Source: a virus (Duplodnaviria; Caudoviricetes). Taken from it: a stretch of DNA of 64,000 bases. Location of the stretch: the IMG/VR virus record IMGVR_UViG_3300044852_000015, positions 128,001 through 192,000 of that record; one strand, written 5' to 3'. Below the pieces are notes generated by a model. It had not been told where the DNA came from. It saw nothing but the letters and a program-made list of their open reading frames with translations, and made no database searches. Of this stretch, positions 8,477-19,087 are shown piece by piece. The position numbers and the translations under genes were made by a program. Each line of letters begins with the position of its first letter. Position 1 is the first letter of the stretch.

Positions 8477-9786
8477 AAACTGCTGACTACTACTTGATGG
8501 CTCTGAACGGTGGCGCTTATAAAAAGAAGCGTTGGGTTCTGAGTATCTTCAGTGTACTGATCGACTCCAAGCCTCAAGGCTGGCCGTTCGAGATCGTGCG
8601 GACTGAAAAGAACGTATTCTTCCGTGACCCTACGGACTTGAACGTTCTGATCTCCCTCGATGACGCTGACGTGAACAAACCGGTCTTAAGTTTCAAAGAC
8701 AAGATCGCTGTGACGCCGGAACAGGTTCTGAACCTAGACAAGCCGATCACCACGACCGCAGGCAACCTGCTCTTTAACTACTACGCGTTGATCTACGCGT
8801 TGGGTAAGAAGATTCCGTACATGGAAGGTCGGATCTCTGCAACTCAGGTGGAAAAGATCATTGAACCCCGGTTGACGTCTAACCCGGTGGACAATGGGGC
8901 GAACTATGACCCTAACGATCTGAACCCGATCTACGTGAGTGAGTACAAGAAGTTCAACAAGGCCATGTTTGGTCTGATGGGTTTCACTCAACTCTGTGTG
9001 CCGTCCGCTACGCCACGTACGATGTCAACCGACCCACGTATCCCAGCGATCCGTGAAAAGCTCTTAGAGAAGTACGCAGGCCGTCTGAACGACCCTGCCA
9101 TCATCTCCCTGATCGACCAAGAACTAATTAAGGTCGACAAAGAGTGGATGGCCAACGATCCTGATGGTGGTGCTGGTTTCTACGTGAACGAAACCAAGTC
9201 TTACGACGTGGTGCGTAAGAAAGTGTTCCTGATGCACGGTGCTGAGTCCGGCTTTAAAGAGGGTACTGATGTAGATTTCATCAAGAACTCCTTGAACGAA
9301 GGTTGGGACATCGAGAAACTCCCTAGCATGGTTAACTCCCTGCGGGAAGGTTCGTACAACCGTGGGCGAGACACTGCACTCGGTGGTGAGGCTGTGAAGT
9401 TCCTCGGGCGAGTGTTCCAGAACACGATGATCACTGAAAAGGACTGTGGGTCTACTCTCGGGTGGCTCAAGAACTTTACCGAGGCCAACTACCAGAAGTT
9501 CGTTGGTTTCTACCGCATCACTCCACAGGGACCGGTGCTGATGGATGAGGCTTACACCAAGTCTCAAATTGGCAAACAAGTCCTGGTTCGTTCACCCATG
9601 TTGTGTAGGACTCCGAAAACGGCATTCTGTGAATGCTGCATGGGAGCCAAGAACGCACTGAATCCAACGTCGTTGGGTTTGATGGCGGCTGACGTAGGTT
9701 CCCAGATGATGGGCTTGTTCATGGGAGCAATGCACGGGAAAAGCCTAGCAACTGGCCGCTACTCATTCAAAGACGCTATCTTCTAA
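8473..9786 (+). CDS. Virion RNA polymerase beta-prime fragment (phiKZ gp80-like)
   Basis: Bridge helix/Zn motifs EKDCGS, RSPMLC, CECCMG; trigger-loop-like SQMMGLFMGAMHG; start moved to ATG 8473. Confidence 0.85.
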   Translation: MKTADYYLMALNGGAYKKKRWVLSIFSVLIDSKPQGWPFEIVRTEKNVFFRDPTDLNVLISLDDADVNKPVLSFKDKIAVTPEQVLNLDKPITTTAGNLLFNYYALIYALGKKIPYMEGRISATQVEKIIEPRLTSNPVDNGANYDPNDLNPIYVSEYKKFNKAMFGLMGFTQLCVPSATPRTMSTDPRIPAIREKLLEKYAGRLNDPAIISLIDQELIKVDKEWMANDPDGGAGFYVNETKSYDVVRKKVFLMHGAESGFKEGTDVDFIKNSLNEGWDIEKLPSMVNSLREGSYNRGRDTALGGEAVKFLGRVFQNTMITEKDCGSTLGWLKNFTEANYQKFVGFYRITPQGPVLMDEAYTKSQIGKQVLVRSPMLCRTPKTAFCECCMGAKNALNPTSLGLMAADVGSQMMGLFMGAMHGKSLATGRYSFKDAIF

Positions 9787-9808
9787 TCCACTGTAAGGAA
9801 CGTTACAC

Positions 9809-10738
9809 ATGGCTAAGCAACAACGTACTCAGACTGCGCCTACCGCAGCACCAACACAAGAGCAACCAAGCGAAGAGCTGGCTCTTGATCAAACCTCCCC
9901 AGAAGAAGGTGTTGATAATGCGAATGAGCCGGGGGATGACTCTGTTGGCGCTGGTACTCCAGCAGGCGACAGCGAAGGGACCGATGCCTTGGAAGAAGGC
10001 GAAGCGACAGGCGAGGGTGAATCGGACGCCGGAGCACCCGTCGATGAAGTGGGTGAAGGCGCTGACGCACACCCAGAGCTTGACACCGACCCGGAAGCCG
10101 AACAACTGGCAGCAGCGTTGGCGGCAGCAGTTGCCGCGCCACAACCGACGCTACAAGTAAACGATGCTCCTGAAGTCGTTGAACCAGTGGCACCGGTTGC
10201 TCCAGTGGGTTCTGACATTCCGGATGCTGCTCCAGTGGCAGCTCCTACTGACCGGGCTCCTTCGGTGTCCGTTTTGAAACCAGTTCCAGTGAAGGTTGAC
10301 GTGAAAGCACAACAAGCCGAAATCAAGTTCCAACTGATCGTTGATCGCCTGACCGCGTACGGTGCCGCCATGGCTCCTAACGCCGCCGTCGGTGAAGCCG
10401 AAGGTAAGGCCCAGCAACTGGCCCTGTGGCGGGTCATCGAACAAGTGCTGAAACTGGAAGGCGCCGAGTTCATCAAGGGCTTCAGCCTGCTACTGGACTT
10501 CATCGCCGAACACCGCACTGCTCACTTCAGCGAGAAATACGCTTACCGCTTCTTCGGTCCGATGGCCCTGAGCGCCGGTGACAAGCGTAACTTCAACCGC
10601 CTGCTCAACCTGTTCATCGCCACTGCCGACCGTGCTACTCGTCGCATGGGTCTGGAACAAGTTGGTCTGCACGCTAGCCTGGCTGGTATCCGTGACACTG
10701 GTATCCAACAGCGCGTTGCCGAGTTCTACCAGATTTAA
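9809..10738 (+). CDS. Protein with long acidic disordered N-terminus and helical C-domain
   Basis: ~160 aa E/D/A/P/G-rich region then globular domain; strong codon bias. Confidence 0.75.
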   Translation: MAKQQRTQTAPTAAPTQEQPSEELALDQTSPEEGVDNANEPGDDSVGAGTPAGDSEGTDALEEGEATGEGESDAGAPVDEVGEGADAHPELDTDPEAEQLAAALAAAVAAPQPTLQVNDAPEVVEPVAPVAPVGSDIPDAAPVAAPTDRAPSVSVLKPVPVKVDVKAQQAEIKFQLIVDRLTAYGAAMAPNAAVGEAEGKAQQLALWRVIEQVLKLEGAEFIKGFSLLLDFIAEHRTAHFSEKYAYRFFGPMALSAGDKRNFNRLLNLFIATADRATRRMGLEQVGLHASLAGIRDTGIQQRVAEFYQI

Positions 10739-10752
10739 GCGGCATAAAGGGT

Positions 10753-10792
10753 AAAAAAAAAAAGCAGGGGTGAGAGCCCCTGCTTTTATGCC
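10753..10792. terminator. Bidirectional intrinsic terminator
   Basis: A-run, GCAGGGG/CCCCTGC stem, TTTTATGCC between convergent genes. Confidence 0.8.
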
Positions 10793-10797
10793 GTGTG

Positions 10798-11415
10798 TCA
10801 ATGGAAGGTGAACTTCATTTCAGGACGGCCTGTGGTTTTAGCCACTCGCTGAGACAACTGAATTACTTCCTCCATGTCCAGCTTCAACCGACGGCACAAC
10901 TCGGGGGCCATGTGACTGGAAAAGTTGAAGGGGTAGTGGAGTTCCAACTGACCGATGAACACCGCCAAATAGAATGGCTTGAAGTCATACGGGCGAGTAG
11001 GTTCAGCATCCCGATCAGCGATCAAGAACATCTTGCGATAGAACCCTACGTCGATCTGGTAGAACGCCTCAGCCATCAAGAACGTTCCGATCAACGAACC
11101 AAACAGTTGGAACACTTGGTAAACGAACTCGTCACCGTGAGTGTGGTAGGCGAGGCTAACCCCTCTCAAGATTTGTTCACGCACCGCTTGGTCAGAGATC
11201 TGATCCACCGTGGTGCTGTAAACGTTGTGCTTGCCATCAGTGAGCACCCAGCGTGGGGACAACATGGCTTTGGTGTAACGGCTCTCACAGGTTTTCATGA
11301 GGACTTCACGGTAATCAATCAAAGGGGACTGACGATTAGCAATGAAATCCAGTGGAGCGTTGAAGAAACGTTCAACAGCAGAACGTGGAACTACTTGAAA
11401 ATATGGTGTTGGCAT
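10798..11415 (-). CDS. Hypothetical protein
   Basis: 205 aa ORF. Confidence 0.7.
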   Translation of the reverse strand: MPTPYFQVVPRSAVERFFNAPLDFIANRQSPLIDYREVLMKTCESRYTKAMLSPRWVLTDGKHNVYSTTVDQISDQAVREQILRGVSLAYHTHGDEFVYQVFQLFGSLIGTFLMAEAFYQIDVGFYRKMFLIADRDAEPTRPYDFKPFYLAVFIGQLELHYPFNFSSHMAPELCRRLKLDMEEVIQLSQRVAKTTGRPEMKFTFH

Positions 11416-11469
11416 ACTGGACCTTACTTAAGGCTGGCATAAAAAGTGGGGCCTTGCGACCCCACAGGA

Positions 11470-13041
11470 TTAGACGACGTAATCAGTTGTCAAGTACTTG
11501 TGCCCTACGACCCTGCCCGCAAAGTTCTCGACCTTGCGTTCATGATACTCAATGTGCTTGTCGATGTCGACACACACGAAGTAGTAGAAGGTTGGCTTAG
11601 CTTCAGGCCAAATCTTAAAGATCGTGTCACGTAGACGACCCATCGCTTGCAGGTTACCTTGTTTGGAACCCAAGGCATCTGTCATCAACACTTGAAGTAG
11701 CTTAGGAATGTCCTGAGCTGTCCCGAGGGATTTCAGTGTCGACACGATGAGATCCGCTTCGAGCATTTCGTCGAAGTCGTCATCTGCCGTATACCGCATC
11801 ACAGTGATGTCACTGTTCCGAGGCTTCAGGTAGTTCGTGACAATGGTACACATCTCAACCGTAGCACAATAGATCAACAGCTTCTGGTCATCCACACGCA
11901 CCTTACGGAAGTTGTGGGTTACAAAATCGGAGATCATCTCAAGGTAAGCCTTGAGGCACTGCTTGTTCTTCATCAACGATTGCTCGAAGATGACATGACT
12001 GTACGACTTACGCGCCTTGTTGATCCACTTAAGGACGTTCTGGTGACGCAAGCGGTACTGCAACGCTTCTACTGCGGTAAAGATCACACGCTCGCCGTTG
12101 TCAATCCGTTCGTCTCTCGGGAACATGATTGCCGTGCGATTAATCAAGAACTCGTCGTCACCTTCCAATGTACCGGAGAGTGAGATGGTCTTGTGTACGT
12201 GTGAGTACAAGTCTTGCCGATAGTTGAGATGGATGTCCTGGTGGACTTCGTCAATCAACCGAATCCCAATCCCACACGTCTGGTAGAAGTTGGGAGGAGT
12301 ACAACCGTACCCGAGCTGTAACAAGCCGTCTTTAAACTTCTCGTAGTCCTTCAGGTAGTTGAAATACGTCATGTTCGAACAGATGATGATCTTGGCTGTC
12401 AACTCGCCTGCTACAGCGAGCTGGGTGACGAGAGCCAGTTGTGCTGACCCCCGTACAACCATGATGTCTCCCTTCTTACACTTGTACGCTGCCTCAATAT
12501 CGCCAATCCACTTTTCAATGTACATGGCCTTGATGCAGATGAAAACCCGACGACCAATAGCCGCAATGCCACTCAGCGCCATGAACGTCTTACCGCGACC
12601 GGGATCTACGGTGAGGATCTTCGTCTTACCCGGAGCGATCAGGTATGCGATCTTTTCAACTTGGTCATCTCGCGGTGTACGCTTGTCGATTACTTCGAAG
12701 TTAACTTCAACTCCGAGGTTGTCAGGCAAGTGCTCGTACACAATGGCGTTCTCATGAACACCCCACATCTTTAAGCACCGAAGTAACGCGTCCAGTTCAT
12801 TCCGATGGAAGTGAAAGTCTGAACGGTCATTCGTAACGCCCACAAAGACCCGCAGCATGGCTTTTCTGAAACGACCATCAGGCCCCTTCTCAAAACCATA
12901 CTGAGCCAGTGACTTACAGAAGTCCAACAACGCAGCTTTAACCCTAGGGGTGAACTGCGTTGCTCTCACGTGGTGACTGGCTACTCTCAGAGTCAGTTCT
13001 GGTGCTCTAGCGGTAGGTGACGGCTGGACTTCACTAGACAC
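11470..13041 (-). CDS. SF2 DExH helicase (phiKZ gp75-like)
   Basis: PGRGKT, IDEVH, LSGT, QAMGRLR. Confidence 0.9.
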   Translation of the reverse strand: MSSEVQPSPTARAPELTLRVASHHVRATQFTPRVKAALLDFCKSLAQYGFEKGPDGRFRKAMLRVFVGVTNDRSDFHFHRNELDALLRCLKMWGVHENAIVYEHLPDNLGVEVNFEVIDKRTPRDDQVEKIAYLIAPGKTKILTVDPGRGKTFMALSGIAAIGRRVFICIKAMYIEKWIGDIEAAYKCKKGDIMVVRGSAQLALVTQLAVAGELTAKIIICSNMTYFNYLKDYEKFKDGLLQLGYGCTPPNFYQTCGIGIRLIDEVHQDIHLNYRQDLYSHVHKTISLSGTLEGDDEFLINRTAIMFPRDERIDNGERVIFTAVEALQYRLRHQNVLKWINKARKSYSHVIFEQSLMKNKQCLKAYLEMISDFVTHNFRKVRVDDQKLLIYCATVEMCTIVTNYLKPRNSDITVMRYTADDDFDEMLEADLIVSTLKSLGTAQDIPKLLQVLMTDALGSKQGNLQAMGRLRDTIFKIWPEAKPTFYYFVCVDIDKHIEYHERKVENFAGRVVGHKYLTTDYVV

Positions 13042-13062
13042 AGACCTACCTCCTTGTTTCCC

Positions 13063-15039
13063 TTACTGTTTGGTAAGATCCCCCATCATCAGGGCATCCA
13101 GCGGATGGTCAGGACGTCGCTTCAAGATGAAGGTCTTGATGTCCTGCAACGTGGCTCCTTGACGCTCGTACGCCATACTGGCTGACAAGCTACGGAAATC
13201 CATGTTGTCCTCGTAGTAACCCACTTCCCCATTCACCCGATCCAGCGGTAGGCGGTGATCCCGACCTTCCACACTCTCAACCATGGTCGAAAGGATGATC
13301 ACTTCCAAGTGAGCAATGTTCACGTTCAGCTTGGAGTTAATCAGATCGTAGAAAGCAAACAGCGCTTCCTCGGTGTTGGTGTAGGCATTCGACGATTTAA
13401 CCTTCGAACGTTTGCCACGTACTTTCCCAGACTTCGTAGGGGCTGCCTTGATGAAACGCTCGATGTCACCCATGTACTCCACCATGTTGGTGTGCTTCAT
13501 TGGCAACTTGAACATCGTATCAGAGTAGTCCCACCCGGCCAGATCGACGATGTAATCGCCACGGGAGTTGATTTCCCAACCTACACGTTTCATGTAGATC
13601 AGTGCGTCTTCGGTCAAGAAGCTCAACCGGCTACCCATGGACACCGACAGGTTGACTTTATCCAAGTTCCCGTCATCAGCGACAATCTCCAGCGTGATGT
13701 CAATGATCTCGGAAAGTTTCTCCAGAGGCAGGTTACGAATCGTGCGAACCCGATTGATGTCAGGAAGGCGCGGTGCGTATTCTGCCGAGATCACCATCTT
13801 CACGGAGGAACGCTCAGCCAAGTCAGGACTGAGTTTGATTTCTGCCCCGGTGTTCCCCTGTCTGAGATACACAGCATCGTGCTCACAGATATAGAAGTCA
13901 TCTACAACCGAACTACCGTCCAAGTGTTTGGTCGACAGAACGTTCTGGGATACCAGCTCACATAGAGTGGTGGCACTTACGTGACCCAATACAGTGTGTG
14001 GTGGAATCGAGAAGGCGATCTCACCCAAGCAGGTAGAGCAAACGCCGTAGCGATCTGGGTGACGACACTTCAGTACCGAGCGAACTTCGATCTCTTCACC
14101 GATCAGTTCACGAGACGACTTCAGGATTGGCTTCAACCCATTCGGCGTCTTGTAGTACTTACCTTCCAACGCTTGGAAGTTCCCCGCTGTCACACGCCAC
14201 AGAATGGTATCCTGCGTGCCACAGTCTTCGTAGTGTACGTGTTGCAACGTCGCACAACCCAACTGCATCTTCCGGTTGAAGTACTCGGAATCTGCCACGG
14301 GGTCTTTAGCAGCCCACAGAGCCTTAGAGGCCGAGCGGGATTCTACCAACGCGTCGTACAGACTCACCAGACCCTGTGTATAGTTGCGCATCACTGGATC
14401 GTGGAAGATCCGGGAGTCGATGTCAGTCAGGAAGCCCCGCAAGGACACTACCTGCAACACCTGACCCAGACTCACCAACTTGGACTTTACCGCTTTACCG
14501 ATAGGATTCCCTTGTAACTCATTGGGGTCTTTCAGCACAGCGGATACACCACGATAGGTATCGTCGATGCTGTTCTGTGTTGGTTGTGCCGCCGCGTTCA
14601 GTGCAGCGATCTTCGGATGACGGATGACGTCAACGAAGTCCGTGATGCAGATACTGGCCACTTCCTCTTCCAGCCCAGTCACGGTGTCGTTGTAGATGTC
14701 TTGCTCCACGTCGTAGATCCAACCGGACCACTCGGTGTTGTCAAAGGCCGTATGGGTGGTGTTGCAATAGTCCAGCGCAATGCTACGACCAAACGCCAGC
14801 AGGTTGTTGAAGGTATCCTTCGTCAGGCGTTCATCACCCATGTGCGATTTCTTCAGACACGGAATCTGAGGATACGCACGATTGAAGATGGCACAGTACC
14901 ATGAGAAGATAGTGGCTTCACGCTCCACCACCATTTCCCCATCGTCAAACACCATGATAAACTTTGCCTCTGGGGATTCCAAGTCCCACATCTGCTGCTT
15001 GGTCAGTTGGTAAATGTCACGGGCGTTGTAACGATTCAT
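13063..15039 (-). CDS. Non-virion RNA polymerase beta-prime C-terminal subunit (gp74-like)
   Basis: EDCGT, RSVLKC, GVCSTCLG, SQNVLSTKH. Confidence 0.9.
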   Translation of the reverse strand: MNRYNARDIYQLTKQQMWDLESPEAKFIMVFDDGEMVVEREATIFSWYCAIFNRAYPQIPCLKKSHMGDERLTKDTFNNLLAFGRSIALDYCNTTHTAFDNTEWSGWIYDVEQDIYNDTVTGLEEEVASICITDFVDVIRHPKIAALNAAAQPTQNSIDDTYRGVSAVLKDPNELQGNPIGKAVKSKLVSLGQVLQVVSLRGFLTDIDSRIFHDPVMRNYTQGLVSLYDALVESRSASKALWAAKDPVADSEYFNRKMQLGCATLQHVHYEDCGTQDTILWRVTAGNFQALEGKYYKTPNGLKPILKSSRELIGEEIEVRSVLKCRHPDRYGVCSTCLGEIAFSIPPHTVLGHVSATTLCELVSQNVLSTKHLDGSSVVDDFYICEHDAVYLRQGNTGAEIKLSPDLAERSSVKMVISAEYAPRLPDINRVRTIRNLPLEKLSEIIDITLEIVADDGNLDKVNLSVSMGSRLSFLTEDALIYMKRVGWEINSRGDYIVDLAGWDYSDTMFKLPMKHTNMVEYMGDIERFIKAAPTKSGKVRGKRSKVKSSNAYTNTEEALFAFYDLINSKLNVNIAHLEVIILSTMVESVEGRDHRLPLDRVNGEVGYYEDNMDFRSLSASMAYERQGATLQDIKTFILKRRPDHPLDALMMGDLTKQ

Positions 15040-15048
15040 GGTTCCTCC

Positions 15049-17253
15049 TTAGGACTGTTTCTTATAGACGAAGCGAATACCGGCACATTCCAGGATGTGT
15101 CGCACGAACAGGTTGTTACGACCGTTGCCCACTGGGTGAACTTTACGGTCAATCACTGCCTGAATGTCGGTAGGCTTGTCAGCCCGCAAGAGATTTGCAA
15201 GGATCTCTTTACCCACGGTTGGGTTGTTCGACTGGTCAATAATATCTGCCCAGACATCGCCGCCACACGTGGCCGCACCCAAACGCACTTCTGCTTCACC
15301 AGTCATCCGTACAGGCTGTGCAGCCCCAGGGTAACTGTTCTTGTCGCCTTTGGTGATCTTGGCTGGAATGCCGTGGTGTTGTAGCTTCGGTGCCGAAACA
15401 CCTGACCAATCACCACCAGTCTTTTCCAGTACAATGATGTCAGCACCGCCAATCAGGATAGGTTCCTTCGTGACGATCTTGTTACCATTGATACCCCCAA
15501 ACGTAACCGGACCGTACACAGGTGGGTATTCCGCCCGCAGTTGGTCGATCATGGTTGGGTAATCCACTGGGGAGTTGTTAGGCATCCACAGGTAGATCCC
15601 GTCACGCAACACAGTCAGAACGTGGGGTTCCCCTTTATTGAGGTAATCCGGTTCTGCCATCACCTGCACCATCCACGGGGAGACGATGTGGTAGAAACGC
15701 AGCAGACGATCCCATGCCGCTTGACACTTCACCGGATCAAGGCGTGGGCCAATGGAACTGACCTGAGTCTTGAACAGGCTAGGTTTAGCTGCTTCTTTCG
15801 GTACGTCTGAACCGTCGTTAGCAAAACCGAACTCACGACGCAGTTGCTTGGTGAGGCGATCAGCGCAAGCGTTGATGTAGGGTTCGTACAGACAGCCCAA
15901 GTTCATACGCTTGATCACGGAATACGGTTCCATGATGATGTCCGCACGATTACCTTCAGCATCGACAGGCATCCGGTGGGCTGGCCACACTTGGCAGATT
16001 ACACCTTTGTTACCGTGGAACCCAGACAGCTTCGCACCATCAGTAGGCTGCGTTTCGAACTCGATGGTGATTTCAACACGCCAATCGTCCAGAGGCTGAC
16101 GACGGTGAGTCTTGTTCACTTGTTCCCCTTTAACCCCGTGTGGGCGGTTTACGTAGCCCAAGGCTTCAAAGATCAAGCGATGGAACTCGTGGCTCAGGTT
16201 CAAGTTCGGACCGTATTCCTTCTTGAGCTGCTTGTGTACGTCCAGAATCCGGTTGTAGAACCGCAGAGCCGCCTGATGATACTTGCTCATCTGACGTTCC
16301 ATACCTACCGGAGTTGGTGGGTTACGGTTGGTGTCGTCGTGGTGTACCACAATGTCCACTACACGGGCCCGTGGGGTCACGTAGGTGAGTCGGTCGTAGA
16401 CGTAGTCCACTTCCTTCAGTGCAGCCACCGACATCTCCACAGGCGCTAACAGAGGGTTGTACGGACGGGTAGCAAACAACAGACCATCAGCACGCACGTA
16501 GTCCCCAATGTCTGGGAACGGCTTGTACTCGTTGGGTTTGTTGGGGTCAGCATACAGGTTTAGGAACATGTGGTTCTTGCCTGCGGACTCCACATACTTC
16601 TTGAAGCCCTTCGCGGTGATCTTCGGCAGCACGTCATCGGCTACGATCACACCGTCTTCAATCACGCCTGCAAGTGACATGTACGCCACCTTCAGTTCCA
16701 GCGATGGAGTGTAGTTGCCGTGCTCGTCAATGTTCGGCGAGTCAGCTACTACAGAACCGGCTGGGATGCGACTGCCAGCATACAGCTTGGTGGCCAAGTC
16801 CTTGTTGAACTTGTACTTAAAGCCGAAGTACTGGTGGTTACAGTTGAAACGTGGGACCGACATCATCCCGACTTCTTTTGTTTCTGCATCTTCGTAGATG
16901 TAAATGGTTTCAGGGTTCTCCACGATGGAGTCGCCGCCCATGGTTTGTGGGTAGCGCTCGATCTCAGCGATGATGGTGACATTGCTGTCAAACTTCTTCG
17001 CAAAGGTAAACTTGCCAAACTCACGCTCAGTACCAGTCTGCTGGCGGCGTTTGCTGGCCCCTTTAATAACAAGCGCTTGTCCCAACTGGGAGTTAACCAT
17101 CTGCACACGAGAAGCACTGTTACCACGAATGTGAGTAATCATGCTCCCCATACCAGCGATCTCTGGAAACAGTTGGTATTCTGTTGCCATTGGATCTTGG
17201 TTCATGTAGTGCGGAATTGGGTTACCGCTTGCATCGACGGGTGTTTCGTTCAT
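15049..17253 (-). CDS. Non-virion RNA polymerase beta C-terminal subunit (gp71-73-like), uninterrupted
   Basis: IEDGVIV, GAKLSGFHGNKGVI, ADIIM, KRMNLG, RMTGEAE. Confidence 0.9.
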   Translation of the reverse strand: MNETPVDASGNPIPHYMNQDPMATEYQLFPEIAGMGSMITHIRGNSASRVQMVNSQLGQALVIKGASKRRQQTGTEREFGKFTFAKKFDSNVTIIAEIERYPQTMGGDSIVENPETIYIYEDAETKEVGMMSVPRFNCNHQYFGFKYKFNKDLATKLYAGSRIPAGSVVADSPNIDEHGNYTPSLELKVAYMSLAGVIEDGVIVADDVLPKITAKGFKKYVESAGKNHMFLNLYADPNKPNEYKPFPDIGDYVRADGLLFATRPYNPLLAPVEMSVAALKEVDYVYDRLTYVTPRARVVDIVVHHDDTNRNPPTPVGMERQMSKYHQAALRFYNRILDVHKQLKKEYGPNLNLSHEFHRLIFEALGYVNRPHGVKGEQVNKTHRRQPLDDWRVEITIEFETQPTDGAKLSGFHGNKGVICQVWPAHRMPVDAEGNRADIIMEPYSVIKRMNLGCLYEPYINACADRLTKQLRREFGFANDGSDVPKEAAKPSLFKTQVSSIGPRLDPVKCQAAWDRLLRFYHIVSPWMVQVMAEPDYLNKGEPHVLTVLRDGIYLWMPNNSPVDYPTMIDQLRAEYPPVYGPVTFGGINGNKIVTKEPILIGGADIIVLEKTGGDWSGVSAPKLQHHGIPAKITKGDKNSYPGAAQPVRMTGEAEVRLGAATCGGDVWADIIDQSNNPTVGKEILANLLRADKPTDIQAVIDRKVHPVGNGRNNLFVRHILECAGIRFVYKKQS

Positions 17254-17319
17254 AAAGCGCTCCTAACAGGGTGGAGTTAATACAGGAGATCTTGGATGCA
17301 CGTACCCTTGATCCCATTA

Positions 17320-17337
17320 ATAATATAGGTTTCAAAA
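17320..17337 (-). promoter_or_regulatory. Phage early-type promoter
   Basis: TTTGAAACCTATATTAT upstream of nvRNAP beta. Confidence 0.65.
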
Positions 17338-17365
17338 GCTTTTTAATGAACGTGAGGTTCTGACC

Positions 17366-17710
17366 ATGGCAATGCCAATTGAATCGTTGATGGTTAACTC
17401 GGGGGCGGCTATCTATTACGATGCTGCCTTCCGACGCGTTCTTGAAACCCATATGGGTCTTCTACGCAACCTGGCCTCAACACAACTGATACAGATCGAA
17501 GCACAACTGGCGTACAAGTACGAGTTCGACTTCTACGGCCTGTTGCAGGAAAAGGGTGTGGCTGAACACCTACACTGGGTTATCCTTCGTGTGAACGATA
17601 TGGTTGACCCGCGCGAGTTCAAAACCACGATGGATCGGCTGATTGTTCCTTCGGCTGAAGTGGTTGACTCCATTCGAAAGCTTCATATGACCAGCGCCAC
17701 CAAGCTCTAA
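17366..17710 (+). CDS. Baseplate wedge / LysM-like protein (T4 gp53-like)
   Basis: DFYGLL...LHWVILRVNDMVDP...LIVPS pattern. Confidence 0.55.
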   Translation: MAMPIESLMVNSGAAIYYDAAFRRVLETHMGLLRNLASTQLIQIEAQLAYKYEFDFYGLLQEKGVAEHLHWVILRVNDMVDPREFKTTMDRLIVPSAEVVDSIRKLHMTSATKL

Positions 17711-17716
17711 CAGGGA

Positions 17717-17756
17717 CAAAAAAAGAAAGGGAGCGTGAGCCCCCTTTCTTTATGCC
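17717..17756. terminator. Bidirectional intrinsic terminator
   Basis: AAGAAAGGG/CCCTTTCTT stem plus TTTATGCC between convergent genes. Confidence 0.75.
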
Positions 17757-17758
17757 GC

Positions 17759-19087
17759 TTAGATCCCGTTCGGGAACATCACCGCTGGCTGGTTAAAGGC
17801 CTGTGGTTGGTTGAAGCCGAACTGCGGTTGTGCTGGTTGAACGTAACCACCGCGAGTTACTTGTTGCGGCTGTTGGAACGGTTGTTGGGGGTTACGGAAC
17901 AGCCCTGGTTGCTGGAACTGTTGTTGTTGCTGGAACATCGCTTGTTGCTGTTGCAGTGCTGGGTTGTGCGAGACAACCGAGTTCCACGACAGACCGCTAC
18001 CAGTCTTGGCCACAGGAGCTACTGCCGGAGCAGGTTGCTGGTTGAAGCCAGTAGGAGCTGGTGCAGGTTGCTCGTTCCACGGTGGAATGAAACCAGTCGG
18101 TGCAGCGGCTACCGCAGGTTTGGCTTCAGACTCACGGTCGATCACAGCTTGTGCGAACTTGCTGGTATCAACTTGTGGGTGCTGGTGGGCTTTGGCTGGG
18201 GCGCTGGATTCAGCACTGTCACCCAAGTCACCTTCGTTACCAGACAACGACGGGATCAGATCCCGGTACTGGGCCAGATCAGCAATGTGCTTCTCGAAGC
18301 CCAGCTCGATGTGCAGGTCCTGCGGATTGTCCAGGTGTTTCTTGAACAGGTGAGTCACCTTGTTCAGCTTGCTGGCAATCTTCGCGTAGCTGGTCAACAG
18401 TGCGTGCAGGTTCGGAGCAGCCAGGCTATTGCTACCGAAGGAGTAGGTTTCACCTTCCGCATCAGGCAGCACGTAGTTGAACAAGGCGGTGATGGCCTTC
18501 TTGTTCTTCAGGCTGTTCAGGTTTACGCCACAAGCGTAAGTCCCTTCCGACTTGAGTTCCTGGATCAGGGGGAAGTCCACTACGCACACGCGCTGGAACT
18601 TCTTGCCCTTGTACTCGCCACCACGCTTGACGTACATGTTGAACAGACGATGGTCACCGTCGATCGACACTACGTCCAGCAGTTTTTCCAGCTTGGTCAG
18701 CGTTTCTTCCTTGACGTTCGGGATCAGGTCAAGGAATTCGTTCTGCGTTGGCGAGAGCTTCTTGTGGTAGTCGTGGTCAACCGCGATGCCCATCAGTTCA
18801 GTAACCAGACAGGTGGCTACCGAGGTCAGACGGTTCAGGCAGGCAATCTTCAGTTTGCGGAACACTGGGGATTCGCCACGGATGATCGCTTCGGACAGCG
18901 GGTGGAACGCCACGGTGTTTGCCCAGTCCGGATTAGCCAGTACGTCATGTACCGGCAACACCAGACGTTTACCACTCACTTGCACCGGAACTTTGTGGCT
19001 GCCGATTACGAAGCTGATCAAGTGGTTGTCGTCGACCTCGAAGTTTACAGATTTCAGGATCGACTGATACAACTCGATGATAGTCAT
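17759..19087 (-). CDS. Conserved core protein (phiKZ gp70-like) with Q/P/F-rich disordered tail
   Basis: Synteny between PicA and nvRNAP beta; ATGA overlap at 19084-19087. Confidence 0.7.
   Translation of the reverse strand: MTIIELYQSILKSVNFEVDDNHLISFVIGSHKVPVQVSGKRLVLPVHDVLANPDWANTVAFHPLSEAIIRGESPVFRKLKIACLNRLTSVATCLVTELMGIAVDHDYHKKLSPTQNEFLDLIPNVKEETLTKLEKLLDVVSIDGDHRLFNMYVKRGGEYKGKKFQRVCVVDFPLIQELKSEGTYACGVNLNSLKNKKAITALFNYVLPDAEGETYSFGSNSLAAPNLHALLTSYAKIASKLNKVTHLFKKHLDNPQDLHIELGFEKHIADLAQYRDLIPSLSGNEGDLGDSAESSAPAKAHQHPQVDTSKFAQAVIDRESEAKPAVAAAPTGFIPPWNEQPAPAPTGFNQQPAPAVAPVAKTGSGLSWNSVVSHNPALQQQQAMFQQQQQFQQPGLFRNPQQPFQQPQQVTRGGYVQPAQPQFGFNQPQAFNQPAVMFPNGI

Noticed and set aside
17759-18100. 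CAG/CAA-rich quasi-repeats
   Set aside because: Encode the Q/P-rich disordered protein tail, not a DNA repeat element
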